Virus record (IMG/VR): IMGVR_UViG_3300047089_000307
Span: 64,001-128,000 of that record
DNA: 64,000 bases
Reading direction: 5' to 3' (one strand)
DNA from: a virus
This document shows, one piece after another, positions 57,837 to 64,000 of this stretch. The first letter of the stretch is position 1; each line of letters opens with the position of its first letter. The translations under genes and the position numbers were made by a program. Below the pieces are notes generated by a model. The model made no database searches, was not told the DNA's origin, and was given only the letters and a program-made list of their open reading frames with translations.

Positions 57837-60800
57837 ATGAGCGCGACGGGCGGGGCAGGAGTGTTCTCCGGTGCCGCCGCGGACTACGTCCTGGCCGGCT
57901 GGCCGTGCGTGATCCCGGTCCCGCCGGACGCCAAGTTCCCCCCGCCGGCGGGATTCACCGGGGCCACCGGGACGGACACCACCACCGAGGACATCGTGGG
58001 CTGGGCCGGCAACGGGATGTCCGGGTTCTCCGTCGCGCTGCGGATGCCGGACGGCGTCATCGGCATCGACGTGGACGACTACGTGAAGAACGGCACCGTC
58101 AAGGCCGGCGCCGCCACGCTGGCGCAGCTTGAGGCGGAGCTGGGCGCGCTGCCGCCGACCTGGTCCTCGACCGCGCGGGGCACGCCGGCCGGGCCCGGGC
58201 TGTCCCGCATCATGTTCTTCCGGGTGCCCGCCGGCCGCTACGCCACCCGGTGCGGCGCCGACATCGACGTCATCCAGCGCCATCACCGCTACGCCGTGGT
58301 CGCGCCGTCCCCGCACGCCGGCGCCGGCGCCCGCTACCGCTGGTACCGCCCGGACGGCACGCCCGCCATGGACGGGGAGGTACCGCGGCCGGGCGACTTC
58401 CCGCTGCTGCCGGACTCCTGGGCCAAGCGGCTGGCGGAAGGCGCCACCACTGCCGGGCCGCCGCCCGCTGACCCCGCCAGCGGGCGGGCGCTGCTGGACT
58501 GGCTGCTCGCAGACCAGCGGATGCCGTGCGCGGAAGCCGACGAGGCGGGGCGCGCGGCGGCGGCCGAGCTGGCAGGAGCCCCGGCCGGCTCGCGGCACGA
58601 CGCGATGACCGGGCACGTCTACCACGTCATCGCCCTCGGCGCGGAGGGCCACGCGGGGGCCGGGTCGGTGCTGGGCTGGCTGGAGCAGCGCTGGGAGGAG
58701 CTGACCGGGGCGGAGAACCGCGGCGGGGAGTTCGACCGGATGCTGTTCACCGCCGCGCGCAAGGCGGCGGGCCGGGCGATCCCCGACCCGTACGCCGACC
58801 CGTGCATGGACGCCCGGCCGCTGGGCTGGGACGCGCTGGCCGCCCCGCTGGACGACGACGCCAGCGCCGACGACGCGCTGGAGGCGCCGGCCCAGTGGTC
58901 ACCGAGGCACGCCTGGGGCGCGCACCTGTTCGCCACCTCCGCCCAGCTGGACTCGGTGCTGGCCCGCGACATCCTCATGCGCACCTACCCCGGGCTGCGC
59001 TACGCCGCCGACGCCGGGACCTGGCTGCTGCGCGGCCCGCTGCGCTGGGAGGCCCGGCCGGGCGAGCAGGCCCGCTGGGCGGTGGAGGAGATGTTCTGGC
59101 TGCTGCCGCGCGGTGACTCAGGAGCCCCGGAGGGCACCGAGCCGCACGAGCAGGCCAAGCGGCGCGCCCGGTTCGGCACCAACGCCGGGGCCGGCGCCAT
59201 CGCGGCCAAGATGACGGCCCAGGTGATGGGCGGGCACCACCCGTGCTCGCTGGACATGGCCGGCCTGGACCATGACGCCGAGATCCTGTGGGCCGGCGGC
59301 TACCCCTACGACCTGCGGGCCTGCGGGAGCGGCCCGGTGCAGGCCGCGCTGAGCCTGGAGACCGTGCACATGCACAGCGCCGGGTGCGCGCCGCGGCGGG
59401 GGGCGACGCCGCTGTGGGATGCCTTCCTGGCAGCCGTCTGGCCAGATCCGGAGGTGCGCGCGTGGGCCGTCCGGGTGCTGGCGGTCACGCTGACCGGGTA
59501 CAGCGACAAGGCGCTGCCGATCCTGCTCGGGCCGACCAACCGGGGCAAGACGCAGGTGATCGCGCTGCTGATGTCGGTGCTGGGCAGTTACGCGCACGCG
59601 GCCGACCCGCGGCTGCTGGCCCCGGCCGACCGCAGCCACGCCTCCATCGTGCACGCGCTGAAGGGGCGCCGCTGCTCGTTCATCGATGAGGCGCCCCGGT
59701 CCGGGCAGCAGGCCCAGGAGCGGCTCAAGCAGCTGACCGGCGGCGGGGAGCTGACCGGCAACCGGATGGCCGAGAACCCGATCACCTTCAAGCCCACGCA
59801 CACGCTCATCCTGACGGCCAACCCCGGGTCGGAGCCGAAGCTCACGGACGGGGCCGTGCGCAGCCGGGTGCGGCTCATCCCGTGCGAGGGCGACCCCGAG
59901 GCGGTGCGCGCGGCCCGCGCGGCGATCGGCCCGCTGGCCGGCCCGGCCTGGCGCGCGGAGGCGCCGGCGGTGCTGGCGATGATGATGGCGCAGGCCGCCG
60001 CGTGGCTGGCGGACCCGGAGTCGGCCTCCACCGAGCGGGCGCCGCTGTGCGTGCGCGCGGCGGCGGACACCGCGGCAGCCGCGCAGGACCTGGCGTACGC
60101 GTGGCTGACCGAGGAGTGCGAGCACTGGGAGGCGGGCACGAAGGCGGGCCAGCTGTACCAGGAGTTCGTCGCCTGGTGCCGCCGGGTCAACGTCGCCCCG
60201 CATGACATCCCCAAGATGACGGCGTGGGGACTGCGCCTCAATGACCTGGGGTACCTGCCGCAGAAGCGCCGCGACGCCAATTACCGGCAGCTGCGCGTCC
60301 GCCTGGGCGGCTACGACGGCGGCCTCGCACCCTCCACGGTGCCCACGGCAGCACCCTCCGCGGTGCCCGCGGCAGCGCCCGTACCCTCCACACTGCCCTC
60401 CGCGGGACTCGCTGCGCCCGTACCCTCCACGGTGCCCACGGCCGGGAATCCGGCTGCAACTCCCGCGGTGCCCGCTGCACCCCCCGCGACGGTGGAGGGT
60501 ACGGCTCCTGTGGAGGGTCTGGTGGAGGGTACGTGGAGGGTTGACGGCAAACCCTCCACACTGCAAAACCCCAGGTCAAACCCTCCACAACTATCCACTG
60601 TGGAGGGTGTGGATACCCTATCGCCTGTTATACGCACGCACACACGCACACACACACACACACACGTAAGTGAATACCATCCAACCCTCCACACTCTCCA
60701 CAACCCTCCCCCACCTGCGGAAACGCATTTTGAACCCTCCACAGACCCTCCGCAACCCTCCACGCCCCCCGCAGACCCTCCGCAGCTACCCTCCACGGCC

Positions 60801-62525
60801 ACCGGGACCGTCGCCTTCGACCTGGAGGGCGGCAGCGCCGACGAGCTGTTCACCTACCGGCCGCACGACGAGCGCGGGTACGTCCGGCTGGCCGGCAGCC
60901 TGACCGCGGGCGGGGCGCCGGTCATCACGGGCGCGCCCGCGCTGCTGGAGCGGCTGGCCGCGGCGGGCGAGATCACCGGGCACAACATCCTCGGCTTCGA
61001 CCTGCCCGCGCTGGCCTGGCACTGCGGCGCGGACTTCGAGGCGCTGGCGGCGAAGGCGAAGGACACCGAGCTGATCGCCCGGCAGGCGTGGCCGCCGCGG
61101 TCGCGGGAGGGCGGGCACTCCGCGGACGGCTACGGCCTGGACGCGGTGGCGCAGCGCCTGGGCATCCCGGGCAAGACTGATGACCTGGCCCGGCTCAAGC
61201 GCAGGCACGGCGGCTACGACAAGATCCCGCTGGACGACCCGGAGTACCTGTCGTACCTGGAGGGCGACCTGGCGGCCACGGCGGCGGTGTCCGCGATGCT
61301 GGGCAACGACGCCTACACCGTGCGCGAGCACAAGCTGGCCACGCTGGCGGGCCGGATGACGCTCAACGGCTTCCTGGTCGACGTCCCCCTGCTGGAGCAG
61401 CGGATAGCGCAGGGCCAGGAGCGCAAGGCCGCGGCGCTGGGGCTGCTGCATGACGGCTGGGGCCTGCCGCTGACGAGAACACTGGCCCGGGGCCGCGGCA
61501 AGGCCCGGCATGAGGTGACGGAGGAGCTCGACTCCCCCCTGAGCGCGGAATCCGGCAGGGAGTGGCTGGCGGGCGTGCTGGAGGGCTACGGGGTGACGGT
61601 GCCGCGGACGCCGAAGCAGGGCAAGCCGGCGGTGGGCGACGAGCAGCTGAGGGCCATCGCCGCTGACCCGGCCTGCCCGCAGCCGCTGCGGCAGCTGATC
61701 GCGTGCGTGAAGATCGTGGTGGGCACGCGGACGGTGTACCAGACGGCCGCGGACTGCCTGGCCCCGGACGGGCGCGTGCACCCGGGCAACAGCTTCCGGC
61801 AGGCGTCCGGGCGCTGGTCGGTGACCAACCCGGGGCTGACCGTCTTCGGCAAGCACGGCGGGCGGCATGCCGAGCGCGACATCTTCGTCCCCGACCCCGG
61901 CCACGTGCTGCTGTGCTTCGACCTCAAGCAGGTGGACATGCGGGCGATGGCCGGGCACTGCGGCGACCCCGCCTACATGGCGCTGTTCGCCCCGGGCCGG
62001 GACGCGCACGCGGAGATCGCCGCGCAGGTGGGCATCAAGCGCCAGGACGCCAAGGCGATCGGGCACGGCTGGAACTACGGGCTGGGCGCGAACCGGATGA
62101 TCCGCAACGGCCTCGATGAGGCGCTGGTGCGCAAGTTCATCGCCGGGATGACCGAGCGGTTCCCGGTGCTGATCGCCTGGCGCGAGGAGATCCGCGCGGC
62201 GGGCAAGGCCGGCGACGTGCTGGACAACGGCTTCGGCCGCCGGATGGCGTGCGACCCGGAGCGCGCCTACACCGTGGCCCCGGCGCTGATGGGCCAGGGC
62301 GGGGCGCGGGACATCATGGGCGAGTGCCTGCTGCGGCTGGACCGCTCGCTGTGGCCGCTGCTACGGGTGATGGTCCACGATGAGATAGTCTGCTCGGTTC
62401 CTAAAGAGGATGCTGTTGACGTAGCGCGGCAAGTTACCAGGGCGATGACATGGACCTGGCGGAATGTCCCTATACTTTGTGATCTCAGTGGCGGAAGCAG
62501 CTGGGGAGAGGCGTCTGCAAAGTGA
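57837..62525 (+). CDS. Fused Prim-Pol primase / SF3 (D5-like) helicase / family A DNA polymerase
   Basis: IDVD primase motif and VVAPS; GPTNRGKT and FIDE; exonuclease FDLEG, GHNILGFD and YLEGD; polymerase motifs DLKQVDMR, RQDAKAIGHGWNYG and VHDEI. One uninterrupted ORF. Confidence 0.9.
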   Translation: MSATGGAGVFSGAAADYVLAGWPCVIPVPPDAKFPPPAGFTGATGTDTTTEDIVGWAGNGMSGFSVALRMPDGVIGIDVDDYVKNGTVKAGAATLAQLEAELGALPPTWSSTARGTPAGPGLSRIMFFRVPAGRYATRCGADIDVIQRHHRYAVVAPSPHAGAGARYRWYRPDGTPAMDGEVPRPGDFPLLPDSWAKRLAEGATTAGPPPADPASGRALLDWLLADQRMPCAEADEAGRAAAAELAGAPAGSRHDAMTGHVYHVIALGAEGHAGAGSVLGWLEQRWEELTGAENRGGEFDRMLFTAARKAAGRAIPDPYADPCMDARPLGWDALAAPLDDDASADDALEAPAQWSPRHAWGAHLFATSAQLDSVLARDILMRTYPGLRYAADAGTWLLRGPLRWEARPGEQARWAVEEMFWLLPRGDSGAPEGTEPHEQAKRRARFGTNAGAGAIAAKMTAQVMGGHHPCSLDMAGLDHDAEILWAGGYPYDLRACGSGPVQAALSLETVHMHSAGCAPRRGATPLWDAFLAAVWPDPEVRAWAVRVLAVTLTGYSDKALPILLGPTNRGKTQVIALLMSVLGSYAHAADPRLLAPADRSHASIVHALKGRRCSFIDEAPRSGQQAQERLKQLTGGGELTGNRMAENPITFKPTHTLILTANPGSEPKLTDGAVRSRVRLIPCEGDPEAVRAARAAIGPLAGPAWRAEAPAVLAMMMAQAAAWLADPESASTERAPLCVRAAADTAAAAQDLAYAWLTEECEHWEAGTKAGQLYQEFVAWCRRVNVAPHDIPKMTAWGLRLNDLGYLPQKRRDANYRQLRVRLGGYDGGLAPSTVPTAAPSAVPAAAPVPSTLPSAGLAAPVPSTVPTAGNPAATPAVPAAPPATVEGTAPVEGLVEGTWRVDGKPSTLQNPRSNPPQLSTVEGVDTLSPVIRTHTRTHTHTHVSEYHPTLHTLHNPPPPAETHFEPSTDPPQPSTPPADPPQLPSTATGTVAFDLEGGSADELFTYRPHDERGYVRLAGSLTAGGAPVITGAPALLERLAAAGEITGHNILGFDLPALAWHCGADFEALAAKAKDTELIARQAWPPRSREGGHSADGYGLDAVAQRLGIPGKTDDLARLKRRHGGYDKIPLDDPEYLSYLEGDLAATAAVSAMLGNDAYTVREHKLATLAGRMTLNGFLVDVPLLEQRIAQGQERKAAALGLLHDGWGLPLTRTLARGRGKARHEVTEELDSPLSAESGREWLAGVLEGYGVTVPRTPKQGKPAVGDEQLRAIAADPACPQPLRQLIACVKIVVGTRTVYQTAADCLAPDGRVHPGNSFRQASGRWSVTNPGLTVFGKHGGRHAERDIFVPDPGHVLLCFDLKQVDMRAMAGHCGDPAYMALFAPGRDAHAEIAAQVGIKRQDAKAIGHGWNYGLGANRMIRNGLDEALVRKFIAGMTERFPVLIAWREEIRAAGKAGDVLDNGFGRRMACDPERAYTVAPALMGQGGARDIMGECLLRLDRSLWPLLRVMVHDEIVCSVPKEDAVDVARQVTRAMTWTWRNVPILCDLSGGSSWGEASAK
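60330..60800. repeat. Iteron-like CCCTCC(A/G)C repeat cluster and CA run, putative replication origin
   Basis: More than a dozen direct CCCTCCAC-type and inverted GTGGAGGG copies around an AT-richer core with a (CA)n tract near 60635-60665. Confidence 0.6.
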
Positions 62526-62607
62526 GCAATAACTGGGACCCGGCAGCGTTCCCATCCTGTGTGACCTGAATGGCGGGAGCAGCTGGGGAGAGGCGTCTGC
62601 AAAGTGA
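62496..62607 (+). repeat. Duplicated 3' end of the polymerase gene
   Basis: AGCAGCTGGGGAGAGGCGTCTGCAAAGTGA is identical at 62496-62525 and 62578-62607; both copies encode VPILCDL.GGSSWGEASAK. Confidence 0.9.
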
Positions 62608-62619
62608 TACCCTCGTGCC

Positions 62620-62880
62620 ATGAGGGACGATATCCCGCTGGGCGCCCTGCGGTTCGTCACCGTCTCGGAGGTGGCGTCCGCGCTGCGCGTGTCGAGGATG
62701 ACCGTCTACCGGATGGTGAAGGACGGGACGCTGGACGCCGTGCGGTTCGGGCGCAGCTTCCGCATCCGCGAGGACTCGGTGGAGTCCTACCTGCGCGCCG
62801 CGGTGGTCACCCCGGGCGCGGTGGTCACCCCGGGCGCGGTGGTCACCCCGGGCGAGGTGGCCGCCGGGACCGTGGCGTGA
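62620..62880 (+). CDS. Excisionase-like (HTH_17) DNA-binding protein
   Basis: FVTVSEVASALRVSRMTVYRMV..G.L.AVRFGRSFRI; three 18-bp repeats encode AVVTPG. Confidence 0.85.
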   Translation: MRDDIPLGALRFVTVSEVASALRVSRMTVYRMVKDGTLDAVRFGRSFRIREDSVESYLRAAVVTPGAVVTPGAVVTPGEVAAGTVA

Positions 62881-63004
62881 GCGCGAGCGGGCGCCGGGGA
62901 AGCTGATGACGGCCCGGCCGGGGGGCCGCGTGGTATCTTGACGTCGTTGACGGCTGAGGCCCTTCCCGGGAGCCAGTTCGGCCCCTGGCTCCTGGGAGGC
63001 AGCC

Positions 63005-63904
63005 GTGGCGAAGGGCATTGACTACGCGAACTTCCCGCACCCGTCCCCGGCGGCCATCAAGGCGGCGGGCTTTGAGTTCGTCATGCGCTATGCCAGCCCG
63101 GCTGCCGCCAACGACGCCAACGGCAAGAACCTGCTCAAGGGTGAGCTGACGGCGCTGCTGGCCGCCGGGCTGAAGGTGGGCCTGGTCTTCGAGTACGCCG
63201 CGCGGCAGATGCTGAAGGGCCGCGTGCAGGGCGTGGCCGACGCGCAGCACAGTGACGCGGTGGCCAAGGGCCTGGGGATGCCCGGCCTGCCGGTGTACTT
63301 CGCCGCCGACTGGGACGTGGCCCCCGGGGAGCAGGCGCAGGTGAACGCGTACCTGGACGGCGCGGCCTCGGTGATCGGCAAGCCCCGGACCGGGATCTAC
63401 GGCGGCTACTACCCGGTGAAGCGGGCGCTGGACGGCGGGCACGCGGCCTGGGCCTGGCAGGCGCTGGCCTGGTCCGGCGGCCAGTGGGACCCCCGGGCGA
63501 GCATCCGCCAGCACCTGGGCGTCACGGTGGGCGGCGCCAGCTGCGATGCCGACGAATCCATGACGGCGGACTTCGGGCAATGGCCGCGCCCGGCCGTGAC
63601 GCCTCCCGTGACGCCCCCGCCCGTCATCCCCCCGCCTTCCCCTGCCTACCCGGTGCCCGCGGCCCTGACGGCCGTCGTGCGCCCGCTGGTGACGCTCGCC
63701 TGGGCACCGGGGGACCCGCTGTCCCCGCACTGGCGCGTTCAGGTGGCCGCGGACGCGGCCGGGAAGCCGGGCGAGGTCACCGTGTCGATGGTGACGACCC
63801 TCAGCCACGCCTCGATGAGCCTGCCGGCTGCCGGGAGGTACTGGGCCCGCGTGCAGGCGGCGGGCAACAGCCCGTTCACGACCTGGCAGGCGTTCACCGC
63901 GTAG
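63005..63904 (+). CDS. DUF1906 (GH25-like) peptidoglycan hydrolase / endolysin
   Basis: GIDY, FVMRY, LVFE, VYFAADWD, GIYGG and WQ..AWS; Pro-rich linker and C-terminal domain. Confidence 0.85.
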   Translation: MAKGIDYANFPHPSPAAIKAAGFEFVMRYASPAAANDANGKNLLKGELTALLAAGLKVGLVFEYAARQMLKGRVQGVADAQHSDAVAKGLGMPGLPVYFAADWDVAPGEQAQVNAYLDGAASVIGKPRTGIYGGYYPVKRALDGGHAAWAWQALAWSGGQWDPRASIRQHLGVTVGGASCDADESMTADFGQWPRPAVTPPVTPPPVIPPPSPAYPVPAALTAVVRPLVTLAWAPGDPLSPHWRVQVAADAAGKPGEVTVSMVTTLSHASMSLPAAGRYWARVQAAGNSPFTTWQAFTA

Positions 63905-64000
63905 GGTATGACGCCATGAGGCTCTGGGCTCAGAACAAGTTCCTGGTGACGCGGCGGGACGGCACGGTGCCTGAGTGGCCGTGGTTCGTCCTGGGAGCGC

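Noticed and set aside
62496-62607. Diversity-generating retroelement TR/VR pair
   Set aside because: No reverse transcriptase in the window, the repeat is short, and the differences are mostly synonymous rather than adenine-specific.

Overview
This is a 64 kb piece of a high-GC, tailed actinobacterial phage or prophage genome. The window starts inside a tail module on the minus strand: tape measure, HK97-gp10-like protein, a probably frameshifted tail assembly chaperone and the tail tube. Next come accessory, membrane and cell-wall genes, and a DNA-metabolism operon (Cas4-like nuclease, SSB, SNF2 helicase, C5 methylase, RuvC-like resolvase). The window ends with an imported prolyl-tRNA synthetase, a 1562-aa primase-helicase-PolA fusion and a DUF1906 endolysin. 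The most striking locus is an inverted block at 46.6-51.5 kb. It holds a stand-alone Cas7/RAMP-like gene, an accessory gene and a ~1.6 kb non-coding array of alternating GGY/NN pentamers. The array is punctuated by GGCAGGC and by a conserved ~42 bp hairpin repeat, and is followed by a RecD/Dda-like helicase and a ParB-like gene. It looks like a phage RNA-guided system whose guide information lies in the variable dinucleotides; from memory this resembles the recently reported VIPR systems, which I cannot verify here. A second unusual feature is a set of about 15 small proteins sharing a C-terminal ARPLTLxEM tag, several of which carry fragments resembling capsid, portal or tail-tube proteins. 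All family calls come from motifs recognised by eye; no searches were run.
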